Below are positions 28,373-40,283 of a DNA stretch of 64,000 nt, one piece after another. The first letter of the stretch is position 1. Every line of letters starts with the position of its first letter. The notes below the pieces were generated by a model, which saw only the letters and a list, made by a program, of their open reading frames with translations, ran no database searches and had not been told where the DNA came from. The translations under genes and the position numbers were made by a program. This DNA comes from Eledone cirrhosa (lineage: Eukaryota): NCBI GenBank assembly GCA_964016885.1, contig OZ024743.1, positions 16,306,001 to 16,370,000 of the forward strand, read 5' to 3'.

Positions 28373-29430
28373 CTAGCTGCAGTACCCAGCGTTGCCTTGG
28401 TAGGTAAAATAATATCTGCTTTGATGAAAAGGTGTTGATCTTAGCGACTGCTTCTCGATGACTCATCTATGGCCACACACAGGCCATGCGGGGGAGGGTG
28501 GTGATGACCTCTATCACTGAGAAACGCGGGTAACTAACGAAGGGGCATGCTGGGGGAGGGAGGTAATGACCTGTAACACTAAGCCAAATTTCCTCACGCT
28601 ACTTGATTGGAAACCGATGAATTCTCAAATACACATCTAAAAGCTCAGACGTCAGTGGCCATCGTTTTACCTTTGACCATCTATAAGATGTGCAATGATA
28701 GGTTCTATCGTAGTATAAAAGTTGAACCAAATAAATTGATTTATGTGTGAGGGGGAGCCGAAGTTTCGAATTTGAACGAAATCGGTTGAAAAATGTGGTA
28801 GCTAATGATAGGTCACCTTCCCTGAAGAAAAAATGCAAATTGTAAAGCTACTATAAGATGAGAAATAATAGGTTCTATCGTAGTATAAAAGTTTAACCAA
28901 ATAAATTGATATATATGTGAGGTGGAGCCGTAGTTTCGAATTTGAACGAAATTGGCTGAAAAATGTGGGGCTAGAGCCAAAAAGGTGGAAATTTGAGCGA
29001 AAAGGTGGTATTTTCGAATATTTAAGCCGCTCCCCCGCCGTTCCTGAAAAAAAAATCAAAATGTTAAGCTGCTTTAAGACGTGAAATAATCAGGTCTAGC
29101 GTTGTGTAAAATTTGAACAAAGTAGGTTGATTAATGTGGGAACTAGAGCCGAAAAAGTGGAAATATTTAATATAAAGCAATTACAGGATGTGCAATGATA
29201 ACTTCCATTCTGCTTTAAAATTTGAATGAAATCGGTGGCAAAATGTGGGAGCTAGAGACAAAAATGTTATTCTTATCTGCAGAATGACACCGGAATAAAA
29301 AAAAAACGATACGCTGATATATAGCAAACACTCCCCGGTGACTAATCTATGAGCCTGTAAAGTTTCATGAAAATCGTTCATAAGATGTAGGCCCCTATAG
29401 GGAATACACAGACACACACATACTTAATTT
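28373..29430 (-). mobile_element. Second non-autonomous Helitron-like element
   Basis: End ACTAGCTGCAGTACCCAGCGTTGCCTTGG resembles the end at 3527. Internal tandem subrepeats (GGTTCTATCGTAGTATAAAAGTT...TTTGAACGAAAT) and AAGTTTCATGAAAATCG near the other end. Confidence 0.65.
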
Positions 29431-29489
29431 GATATCCCGTTAAGGGTGAAAGCAGCGATTCTTTGCTTAAACTTTAATCTGTTATTTTA

Positions 29490-29566
<77 letters not shown>

Positions 29567-29994
29567 TATATGTATACATATATATATATATACATATATA
29601 TATGTATACATATATATATATACATGGTATGCAATATAAAAGAGAGATGTTTATTGGTTGGCTGTTTGGTTTAATCACACGAAAACAACTCTCACACCCA
29701 CACATATACCCATGCACACATATACAAAAAACTCACACCTAAAGAGAGATAGAGATAGATTGATATATAGATAGATAGATTTCTTTATTTACCATAAAGG
29801 CATAAAAAGAAGGGACAAATACAAAGGGGGAGTTTACATATAATCGAGTAAAAAGGGTGTAACATGAAAATAATCGAAAATAACCTCAAAAGGGAGGGGA
29901 CGTGATGGGGGTTGCACACACCCCCGAAAAAGTGTGCAATCCTTTGCCCGGGGAGCACATGGAGAAGGTGCTCCCCTCTCCTTTACTTCTTTAC

Positions 29995-32900
29995 CTACAG
30001 GATGGTATACAGAGAAGGCCCTTTTACACGAGCCATTCTCGCCACTATCACCCACCTTTCATAAAACTGCCTGTGGCCAAGCACCTCTCTCTCCATTCTT
30101 ATCCTTCTTCCGAAGTGATATCGGAAGAAGTAGACCAGACTATGGCCAGAGAGGAAGTTGCTTGACCTCAGACCTTTCAATCGTGTCCACCAAACAACCT
30201 CTTTCAACATGGCTATTACGCACAGAAAAACCGCCTTTGCTTCCTTTGTGAAGAGGGGAGGCGGTTTGATTGTCATCACGGACTCGGCGGTCAATTTAAT
30301 CGGCGCCACCCGCGACAGCAGTTGTTCGGCGTAGCCCCACAGATCAGCCACGCCCGGACATTGCACCAATGCGTGCGCAACGGTTTCTTCGTGACGCACG
30401 CATCTAGGGCAAATCTTTTTTGAGGGATCCCTGCCCGGGCGCCCGTGTCTGTAGAGCCTCTCTCGAACGGGTAGAGCCCCCCGGTAGCACTGCCAGGCCA
30501 GTGACTTCTGGAAGTTGTCCATTGGTCCTGGGCCGAAAGTCCTACCGAACAGGCTGGCCAGTTCGTCTTCTTCCATGTCCAGCGACTCTCCAAGGGTGTC
30601 ATCGCCCCTGCTAGCCACCAGCCCTCTATAGAATGATGAGGTGGATTCTCCACCGATGGCCTGGCCCGCTTGCCAGAGAGCCCTGAGCGCCTGAGCATAC
30701 TCAGTGTGCCAGTCTCCCAGTTTTCCGGATCTTTGCTTGACCCAGGACTGTAGCTCGGTGAGCGAGACGAGTCTCGGAAAGGCTCGTTTCACGAACGGAG
30801 CCCACACCGGTTGAATAGTGAGGAATACCTGTAGGTGCCGTAGCCTTAATGCGTGCCTACGCATCATCAACCACGGCATCCCCAGTCCTCCTTTCGAAGG
30901 TTGTTGGCAGCAGATGGATCTTCTCACCATAGGAGGACGCTTCTTCCAAAGAAATTGGAAGAGCATGCGTTCCATTTTGGTGAGTGTTTCCTTAGGGCAA
31001 GGCACGACAGTCAGGCGGTAGTAAGTGACGGACGCTATGTAAATGTTCGCCACCTCCGCCCGGCCTTTTAGGGACAGCTTACACTTGGCCCATTTCTGGG
31101 TTAGTGCAAACACCTTGTTCGTAACCTCGTTCCAGTTCTTTTCCACCTGGAGGTCCGGTCCAAACCAGACCCCAAGCAACTTTACCGGGCCCTCCGTCCA
31201 GTGTCCGACGACACCGTCAGGAGGCATCGGTCTGCCTCTCCACGTTCCGAGTTGCAGCCCGATGGATTTTTCCCTGTTCAGTTTCGCTCCTGACAACCTT
31301 TCGTACTCCTCCAGTAAGGTACCGATCGCCTCGATCTCCGAGTCGGTTGATACCATTACTGTTACGTCATCGGCGTAGGCCGACACCGCTTTGCTCAATC
31401 CTGGTTCCAGGGGGATACCCTGCAACAGCTCCAACTTCCTCAGTAAAGGCTCGAGAGTCAATACGTACAGAAGGGAGGAGAGAGGGCACCCCTGTCGAAT
31501 GGATCGTGTGATTTCGAACGGCTTCGAAAGGTAGCCGTTCACCTTGATCCTAGAACAGATGTGGTTGCTATGTAGGGCAGTGATCCAGCCTCTGAAAACA
31601 GGACCGAACTCAGCCGCCGCTAGCACCGCATCCAGGTAACCATGGTCGACCCTATCGAAGGCCTTAGACTGATCCGAGTTGATCAGGGCCCCACCGAAGC
31701 CGGGTTTGTTGCCAACCCTCTCTATGATGTATCGCATGAGGTGGAGGTTATCGTGAATGGACCTGGATGGGATAGCACATGTCTGCGCATCTCCCACCAG
31801 GCCACCCACGACAAGCGCCAACCTCTTTGCTAACACCTTGGCCAAAATCTTTAACTCTGTGTTTAGCAGGGTTATGGGCCGAAAATTATTTATACTATCC
31901 CCCTTGTTCTCGTCCTTCCTCACCAGCGTGACTACGCCCTTGGCTACAGAACAAGGAATTCTCCCGTTCTGCTGCCAATTGCAGTAGACCGCTTCGAGGA
32001 GTTCGGAGAAGAAGACCGGCATTGCTAAATAAAGTTCGTAAGGTATACCATCGAGACCTGGAGATTTGCGTCTGCTGCATTGGCTCAGCGCATCTCCGAT
32101 CTTATCAGCCGAGATTGGTCCCTCGCAGGACTCTGCCTCTTCGCTCGAGAGACGCGGCAGGCCGTCGAGGTATGGACCGAAATCCACGCCCCCGCCCGAA
32201 CCCTCGCCTCCCCCGAACAATCGGGCAAAGTGCCTTTGAAAGGCCTCGCACATCTGCTTAGGCTCCCGGATCACCCGTCCATCTTCGTCTTGCAACGACC
32301 GGATGGTGGATCGATTTCCACTCTTAGCTTCTGTCACGCGGGCCCATCCAACGGCTTTGGCCCCCTCATTACCTAGAGCACGTATTTTACTTCGAATGAC
32401 GCAGCCTTCGTGCTTTGCATCGAAAAACTGGTTCAAGGCCGTCCTCGATGCCAGCACTCTGGCCACATCTTCGGTCTTGATTGCCTCTTCTAATTTACCT
32501 GTTAATTCTTTCTCGTTTCTATTCCTATCGGCAGCTAACATCTTGCTATAACTTATTGATTCTGTTCTAATCTCTCTTTTGAGAGATGCCCACCATCGGT
32601 TGTTGACGATTGCACCCATCAACCTCTCCTTAACTAATCTGCTAATCTGGTTTCTGTAAGTCTCTTTTGCCGGTAAAGACAAATTAAGTTTCCAGTAACC
32701 GGGACCCTGTCTATGTATTTTCTCGCGATTGACCACGCAGGTCACTAATTTGTGATCCGTGTAGCCAACCGTGCGCATTTCTGGACAGCTTAATATGTCC
32801 CTATCCTTACTTCTAACTAAGAATCTATCTAAGTACGATCTAGATTGACCACTGTGGTTTCTCCAAGTCCAGGTAGGCACAGTTGGAAAATCTAGTCGAT

Positions 32901-33432
32901 ATCTATCGACCAAGTTAAAACGGTCGAGTAACCCCTTGAGGCTGTTACACCCCCCTCTATTAGGACATGCTCCTGCATAGTCCCAACGTGCATCCAGGAT
33001 GTCATTCCAATCCCCCGCTAGAAGCAGGGAACGCGACGTTCCCAGAAAAGTCTCTAAACGCTGGAAGAAGTCGGGCCGTTCAGCTCCGAAAGGGGAGTAG
33101 ACGGCGACCAGTCTCAAGGCCGCACTTTCACTACTGCCAACGTCTAGCACCAACAAACGACCCTCCGGGTCCGAGTGCACAACCTGTACGGCAAGACCCA
33201 GGTGTTTTTGCAGCAGTACGACAACCCCACCCCCACCTCCAGGTTGACAGAGAGATGCATGCACCTCAAAGTCATCGAAGGTGGGGGCCAGCTGCCGCAC
33301 GACGCTGATTCGAGTTTCACAGATAACCATTACATTTATACTACATGACCTGAGGTCATTTAGAAGCTTTGCTTGCTTCCAAGTTGAGCCCAGGCCACGT
33401 GCATTCAAACATCCTACTCTTAACACATCCAT
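29995..33432 (-). CDS. ORF2: APE endonuclease, reverse transcriptase and zf-RVT, 1145 aa, uninterrupted
   Basis: CLNARG, ICET, GDWN, SYLDRF, YTDH; KSPGLDG, FRPITLLN, DQSKAFDRV, RQGCPLS, YADD; CPRC..ETVAHALVQC. Confidence 0.97.
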   Translation of the reverse strand: MDVLRVGCLNARGLGSTWKQAKLLNDLRSCSINVMVICETRISVVRQLAPTFDDFEVHASLCQPGGGGGVVVLLQKHLGLAVQVVHSDPEGRLLVLDVGSSESAALRLVAVYSPFGAERPDFFQRLETFLGTSRSLLLAGDWNDILDARWDYAGACPNRGGCNSLKGLLDRFNLVDRYRLDFPTVPTWTWRNHSGQSRSYLDRFLVRSKDRDILSCPEMRTVGYTDHKLVTCVVNREKIHRQGPGYWKLNLSLPAKETYRNQISRLVKERLMGAIVNNRWWASLKREIRTESISYSKMLAADRNRNEKELTGKLEEAIKTEDVARVLASRTALNQFFDAKHEGCVIRSKIRALGNEGAKAVGWARVTEAKSGNRSTIRSLQDEDGRVIREPKQMCEAFQRHFARLFGGGEGSGGGVDFGPYLDGLPRLSSEEAESCEGPISADKIGDALSQCSRRKSPGLDGIPYELYLAMPVFFSELLEAVYCNWQQNGRIPCSVAKGVVTLVRKDENKGDSINNFRPITLLNTELKILAKVLAKRLALVVGGLVGDAQTCAIPSRSIHDNLHLMRYIIERVGNKPGFGGALINSDQSKAFDRVDHGYLDAVLAAAEFGPVFRGWITALHSNHICSRIKVNGYLSKPFEITRSIRQGCPLSSLLYVLTLEPLLRKLELLQGIPLEPGLSKAVSAYADDVTVMVSTDSEIEAIGTLLEEYERLSGAKLNREKSIGLQLGTWRGRPMPPDGVVGHWTEGPVKLLGVWFGPDLQVEKNWNEVTNKVFALTQKWAKCKLSLKGRAEVANIYIASVTYYRLTVVPCPKETLTKMERMLFQFLWKKRPPMVRRSICCQQPSKGGLGMPWLMMRRHALRLRHLQVFLTIQPVWAPFVKRAFPRLVSLTELQSWVKQRSGKLGDWHTEYAQALRALWQAGQAIGGESTSSFYRGLVASRGDDTLGESLDMEEDELASLFGRTFGPGPMDNFQKSLAWQCYRGALPVRERLYRHGRPGRDPSKKICPRCVRHEETVAHALVQCPGVADLWGYAEQLLSRVAPIKLTAESVMTIKPPPLFTKEAKAVFLCVIAMLKEVVWWTRLKGLRSSNFLSGHSLVYFFRYHFGRRIRMEREVLGHRQFYERWVIVARMARVKGPSLYTIL

Positions 33433-33465
33433 GTGGGCGGCAGAGCCAAAGGAGAGTGTAGAGAC

Positions 33466-35366
33466 CTACCTTTCCGCTTCCCGGGGTTCGGGTTGAACGA
33501 CTTCCATGGGGTCGGGGGTGTTGGGTGAAGGGGTGTCTTGTGGTGGTGTGGGGTCGTCAGCGTGTGGTGGGGTTGGGGTGTTTGGAGTTGTGTTGGGGAG
33601 GGGAAGGGGAGGGGGAAAGCTTTTTAGTAGGACGCGGTTTATGGGTTTGACAGAGGGTGGTCCTACGTCCTCCTTAAAATCCTTTTTTAGTTTTTGGTAG
33701 AGGTTCATTGGGATCTTTATTAGTTTTAAATGTGGGTAGTTTTCTGACGAAACAAAGTTTACACCTTCGGTTTGTACCGAAGGATTATTGTATATGAGCT
33801 CATTTAATTTACTATTGTTTCTGTTGATGTAAGTATAGTGTAATGTCTTTTTTTCCGATGGTGTGAGTGTTTCGAAGAGGGGAGGGGCAGGTTTGGTTTT
33901 GTTTGTTGCTGGAGGGGTGTTTTCTGTTTTGTTGGATTGTGTTGAGATTTGGGTGGGGGTTGTTTGTCCTTGTGTGTTTTGCACATGTTTTCTTTTTTTC
34001 CTTTTAATCTGTCTGAAGGACTCCGTTTCTTCCTCCGAATTCGTTGGGTTATCTTCAGTGTTGGAGGGAAGAGGTATGTTTGCTGGTAATGTTTCCGTGT
34101 TGGTTTTCTTTGTGGAGGAGATGGATGTCACTATGTTAGACTGTGTTGTGTGTTGTGTCTGCGGTGGTTGTGTTGTTTTATTGAGTGAGAGGTTGGGTGG
34201 GCCTGTATTTTGTTTTGGGGTAATGTGTTGTGACTGTTTGTGTTGTGGTGGTGTTGTGGTTTTACTGAGGGACGGGTTGGGTGGGACTGAGTTTTGTTGT
34301 TTGTTTATCTGTTGTGGTGGTGGTGGTGGAGCTGGTGTTGGTAGCAGGGTTTTCTTTTTGTTGAGTTGGGGACAAGCGGCCTTCAGGTGCCCTCTGCCTG
34401 CACAGATATGGCAGGACGGCCTTCTCCCCTCCACGCTAATGTTTATATACCCGTGGTCCTCTAATAGGATTCTGTCGGGTATTTGGGCGATGCGTTCAGG
34501 CTTCATTTGTACTACCAGCTCTATACCTGTTCCACTGAACGCATTGCCTGTGGTTTTCCCAATGGAAATCACGTTGTCATTCACTGGATCGATGAAGCCA
34601 GCTATGAGCCAGCAGTAGTCCACATCTGGCATCATTGCATCCAGCCATATGCGTTGAGTTCTTTTCCCCATATAAGATGGATAAAAGGTGAAATTTTTCG
34701 AACGAATCGGTGACAAAGCACATTTTTTGCCGCCGATTCGTTCTTCATGATAATTGCTAGGCTTCCATACAGTCTGTCTTTTCTTATGAAAGTGGTTTCA
34801 TTAAGTACTTCTGTGAGTACTGTTTTGATATCTGCTTGAGAAGGCTGTTCAGGTTTTTTTGTACTGTTGTTGATGGTCCGAAACTTGACCGTTCGGCTTT
34901 CAATGTCTTTCGTGAATTCTTGAGACATTTTTACCGATAAAATACCATTCTCTCCTTCACTTATGTATTGCTTGGCGTCCGTGATCCTTCGTACCACATC
35001 TGAAATGTTTTCCGCTATATAAGTCAAAGATTTCTTTGTTTTCTGTGCAAATGAAATCTTGTCGTCTGCTTTGTTTTCTGATATGGTGTTATTTTCAACT
35101 GTTATTTTTGTGTTTGTTGTGTCTTTGTTTGTGTTATTAGTATTGTCATGCAATTTTTCAAATTTTTTTTTTTCGTTGTTGGAATCCAAGTCCAGATTTG
35201 TGTTTTCGTCATTTAATTTTTTCTCCGCAGATTCGTCTGTTTTTATTTTAATTTTTCCTTCCTTCTCTATGACGTTAGTTGGGAAGGAAGGGAGGACTAA
35301 AGCGTGCGAGCTTACAACTCTTACCGCTGTCCCCCCACCACTATTTTCGTTCGCTGCGTTTAACAT
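33466..35366 (-). CDS. ORF1 (nucleic-acid-binding, CCHC knuckle), split by a -1 frameshift near 34725
   Basis: ORFs 34632-35366 and 33466-34716 overlap. Contains CHICAGRGHLKAAC and a Pro/Thr/Gln-rich tail, and stops 33 nt before the ORF2 ATG. Confidence 0.85.
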
Positions 35367-35632
35367 TTCTGTTAGACGATTGAAATTTTTTACACAAATT
35401 TTTTAAAACAGGTTTTTCACCTCTAGGAGGGGTAAAGATGAGCTGACCCACCGCCTGACAGTTCAGACGGAGGGTCAAGCTACACAATTGTATCAAAATT
35501 AAGTTTGAACTCACAAAATTTCCTCAATAAATTTGAACAAAACTTCTGTGCGAAGTGAATGACATCCACACTGTAGAACAGACGACAGCTAGGAGGGATT
35601 GATATATATATATAGATAGATAGATAGATAGA

Positions 35633-35683
<51 letters not shown>

Positions 35684-36436
35684 GTATTTTTTTTTCACGA
35701 TATTTTCCAAGAAAATTAATTTTATGATGTCACTCCAAAAGGGCTCATCTATCGAGGGAGTTACAATGTCCGCCAAACGGTTGAAATCTTCAAGCGAAAC
35801 AGAAACTCACGAAAAATATAAAAAAATAATTGGGAATAAAGGGACAAGTCAACATCGTGACATTTGGCAGAATAACAGACGGGAAACAAACAGGTTAAGA
35901 CAGCAAGACACGATCGCAACCTTTTGAAAGTGTACAGAACCTGAGACAGGAAACAGAAAGGTTAAGGCAAGAAAAACAAACAAAGGTTCAATATGAAAAT
36001 CACAAAGAGGAAATGCAAGCTGAGATGAAAACTTGACGTGCACAAAGGAGAATAAATTAGCTAACAGCTGCGTTTTCATATGATCCACCGAAGAATTATA
36101 GAAATGCACCTAAAGCCGCGATTGGTAGCATGGATATGGCACTTGGCATGTGTTGCTGAGGAGGAAAGGTCAGACTTCCTTATATAGAGTACCATTCAGC
36201 TTTTATCCATATATTGCTTACAGATCACACTAACGAAGTTAAACACTTCAGAAGCAATGTTATTCGGTATAATACTGGGTTTCAGATGACTCCATTGGCG
36301 CTAAAAAAATCAAACTCACTATGGTTATTCAACAACATTTAGAATCCAAGGCCAATGCTACAATTTAATCAGCAATTTACTTCCCCAGCCTAATAAGGAA
36401 GTTTTATTATTGTTTTTTTTACGTCTCTCTCTCCCC

Positions 36437-36516
<80 letters not shown>

Positions 36517-36840
36517 CTCACACACACACACACATTAAAGTCTCACCTCATACTGGAAACCAGACAATACATCCAATACAGTCGATTTCTTTTTCATCCG
36601 TCTTCTCTTAACTGTTTTCCCGGGCGAAACTAGGTACCTTAGAGGACTAAATCCACACTCTAATTCTGAACATATGAATGGATTAACCAGGTCAAATCAT
36701 TACAACATTATGTTTTCCTGTTTTATCTGTTCAAGTTCTTACTGCATGATGAGATCATAGTTGTTGAATAATGGCTATCACTGAAATATATATATAGTAG
36801 CCAATATAAATAAACGAAGTTAATTTTACACTGTTGACTT

Positions 36841-36923
36841 ACACTTTTTGCTTTTACATTACCTCGCTGTAAACAGACCAGCCTGGTCTGTTTACAGCGA
36901 GGTAATGTAAAAGCAAAAAGTGT
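36841..36923. repeat. Perfect palindrome, 41-bp arms, 1-nt spacer
   Basis: ACACTTTTTGCTTTTACATTACCTCGCTGTAAACAGACCAG-C-CTGGTCTGTTTACAGCGAGGTAATGTAAAAGCAAAAAGTGT. Confidence 0.97.
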
Positions 36924-38099
36924 AGGATCCCGACGGCTGAGCTCAAGCCGTTTCAACGGCTAATTCTGGACTAAATGAACATTTTTATCCTGGTATATGA
37001 ATAGCCGAGCTTCTCAGGGGTAATTCCATATATGTTAAAAGTGATTGTCACACGGATTGATCAAACGTTTGTTGCTGAGACACATAATTCTATCATGGCA
37101 TTTTGTGGAAGGAAGGGGTAGCTGAACTTGCCAGTAGAAGAAAGAGGGAGAGGGAGTGGAGGAAACCCAGTCATGCGTTGATAGTGCCAGCTACAGCAGG
37201 ATCCTAAGGATAAGAGGTCGAGAAAGTATACTAGGGAGGGGGAGGGAGAGGAAGTCGAAACAATAAGTAAATCATTATGGAGTAAATATATAGAAGAATA
37301 ATAAGAATGTTAAAAATATAAAAAAAACAATCATCAAGTCTCTCACTGGTACTGCCAATCTACAGAAAAGTTTAATAGGTGGGACGGAATACTAAATACG
37401 AGATTGTAGTGAAAGAATTGCATGAGTTAGTAGTAATCATCCAAATCTATCTTACAGTGACGCACCAACAAGTAGGGGGCCAAAATGCTAAAGAAACTAC
37501 TACGAAATAATAATTCAGAGTCCCGAAACTAATACGAAATAATAGTTCAGAATCCCGAAAATGAATACTAATACTATCTATAAGGGTGGCGCTACGATAC
37601 AAAAATTCTAATACAAACTACATACATGCTCGTACGATATATATGAACAATTTGATACGAAAAATATTAATTCAGACCCCCCCCCCAAAAAAAAAATACT
37701 GATATACGAGAAACTAAAGCAGGGATACCACTAAGAAATCTAGAAAGCACGGAAATGGGGTAGCCATCGGATAAGAAAGCAAGTATCTGGGGTCTATCAC
37801 ATTTGCTATGAAAAGCGGAGTCGGCCAATGCTATCATAGAATAGGGGATGGGGGTGGGGGTACTGAGGCTACAAAGGACGGAAGGGCTGCTTCGGGGTGG
37901 GTGAGAAAGTGAAAAGGACGGCGACAAAGAAGGAGAACTGGGGTGGAAGGACTAGGAAGGGATGGGGGGAAGAAGGAAATATAGAGGAAACGATAAAAAG
38001 ATATATAAGAAAATCTTACGTCTACATTTGCAAGCAGGGGTTACCCATTACAAAGTCGGCAGGTGGGGTGTTACAGCCCTTGTCTAGCCCGCCGGGTCA

Positions 38100-39198
38100 T
38101 TATGGGGTTTGAGAGCGAGGTAAGTCCTACGCAATCTGTGTTTGCATGCAGTAACCAGTTCGTCTTTCTTGTTTAGGAGTTGGTCCGTCGAAAACAGCAT
38201 TTTTAATGTTTCCTCCGAGCATAAATTGCACGGACGGCGTCCTCCCGTGTAAGAGTTGGCTCTGGACAGTAAGCTCCAAGTGAGATCATAAGTTATGTTG
38301 TTATCTTTCAGGTCCCAGATATGGCCCGAAAGTGTGGTGGCGTGACGCCGAGCCGGGTTTCGGAAAGTATGTCAGTGTTGGTATAGCCGGGACTTGAAGT
38401 CACATGCGGTTAATCCTATATCAGCTTTGTTGGATGTGTCCGTCCTCATGTTGCACTGGTAGATCACATTACGATATATGCATCTGTTGTCGAGGGGCAA
38501 ATGGATCCATCAGCACAGTTGCACCTTCTGGTAGGCTCTCCACTGCTATTTAGGTTATTTCTTCCATAGGGGTTGAGTTTTTGTTGTTAGAGGAGACGAT
38601 GTTTTGTGCAAAGTTAGGTGTGGTGCTGTAGGAGAGTTTGATGGTATTTTTGTTGATAATGTTGTGGTAGCGGTGTTGTAGTAGTAAGTGTTTTTCGATC
38701 AGCCTAAAGAAGATTTCCCGATAGGTGTTGTCACCTCGGCTTTGTGGGGAGGATTGAACCATGTTACGTTGCGTGAGCGACGGTGTCGCCTGCTGGTTCC
38801 GCTAATGGAAGCTGGACAGTAGGATATTTCTTCCCGGAAGCCACTCCGCTTGAGGGCCTGGTTGTAATAAGGCGCATGTTCCTCGAAAATCTGCTCATTA
38901 GCGGACAGACGAGATATGCGGAGGGAGATGTTTTTAACCAGGTTATTGGTGATGTTCCTAGGATAGTTTGACCGGCGGTGGATGTAGTGCAGGTTGTCGT
39001 TGGGTTTCCTGTATGGGTAGTACAGGTCATTATCGAGGTAAAGCGTAACGTCCAGGAAGTTAACTCGGGTTAGGGACGTTTGTAGGGTTATTTTAAATCC
39101 CCAGTCGCTGATTAATTGTTTACGGACCCGGTCTGTACTAGTGTGGTTATACCCTTTAAGGGTAAGGAGCCCATCATCACGGTACAATCCACCTTCGG
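38100..39198 (-). pseudogene. PLE RT C-terminus/thumb and GIY-YIG endonuclease (frameshifted)
   Basis: YRDDGL, VNFLDVTL, PYRKPN, WFNPP, CNC..ICP.DNRC..NVIYQC..DIGLT..FKSR..H..TTLSGHIWDLK..CNLC.EE..LNKK.E...CKH. Confidence 0.9.
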
Positions 39199-40283
39199 GT
39201 GCTCACGCAAAATATCGACCTCTTTGCGAAAAGACTTAGATGGAGAACTTTTTTCTACGACAAATATTGCGACAATCAGGACTTCGGTACCAAGGAGTCA
39301 TTCGGATTGAATACCTACAAATCTCCCCCTCCGAACCCTATGCTTTCACCCTTCGAGAATGACCTTTTCCAACTGGTCAAGAGCATTACATTCAAACCCA
39401 GTCACAACAGATTCCTACAAAAACTCCGTAGCAGCTTAACAGAGTATGATAACACCAATTACATCATGGTGCACTCGGATAAAACTGGTAACCTCTACTT
39501 CGTCATCCCGACAGATACCAAACACTGATCAGGAGCAGCCTAAACTACACCTATAAAAAGGCTAACCAATCAAGCATCGAGGACATACATCGAGATGGAC
39601 AACAAATTACCTCCAGCCTCGGGGTCGCCGACCACACAGAACCCTTAGACCCACGGACACCCTACTTCACACTGAAGGATCACAAATCCGATTTCGACCG
39701 TAAACCATCTATCAGGCTTATAAACCCAACGAAGTCCGACATAGGGAGAATCAGTAAAAAAATCCTAGACCGCGTTATACCAAAAGTTAAGCAAAACGCC
39801 AGACTTAGCCTATGGGTCAAAACCCAGGAAGTGATCTCATGGTTCAACAATATGGAGGACAAACGAGACACAAAGTTCATCCAATTTGACATAGAGTTAC
39901 TATGCTTCAATTACCTCACCGCTCCTTACGGCTGCCTTGGACTTTGCCGAGACACACTTGCGCCCATCACCGACCAGGAAAGAAATATCATCCTCCACGT
40001 CAGGAAGACAGTCCTACTTTTCGACAACTCCAAATGGATAAAGAGAGCTCCCGACTCACGTCAGTATGGGCGCGACGGATTCGGCTGAGGTCACATATAT
40101 TATAGGATTATTCCTACTAGTTAAACTCACCGATTTGTTTCCTGCATTCGGCGGTGGATTGTACCGTGATGATGGGCTCCTTACCCTTAAAGGGTACAAC
40201 CCCATTAGTAAAGCCCGGGCCCGTAAACAATTAATCAGCTTCTTCCGCGACTGGGTATTTAAAATAACCCTACAAACGTCCCT
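39199..40283 (+). pseudogene. PLE N-terminus and RT core (disrupted, internally deleted)
   Basis: KRLRWRTFF, FENDLFQLVKSITF, SDKTGNLY, TLKDHK..RLINPTKSDIGRISKKILD, FIQFDIE, MGATDSAE, GLYRDDGL. Confidence 0.9.

Larger units (their letters stand above)
29781..35596 (-). mobile_element. Full-length Tx1/L1-clade non-LTR retrotransposon
   Basis: 5' UTR, ORF1, ORF2 and a 3' UTR ending AATAAAGAAATC. Flanked by the duplication GATTGA(TA)nGATAGATAGAT (29758-29780 and 35597-35633). Confidence 0.93.

Noticed and set aside
33863-34618. 251-aa plus-strand ORF and other ORFs antisense to the Tx1 ORFs
   Set aside because: Shadow frames of low-complexity ORF1 and of ORF2, with no motifs.
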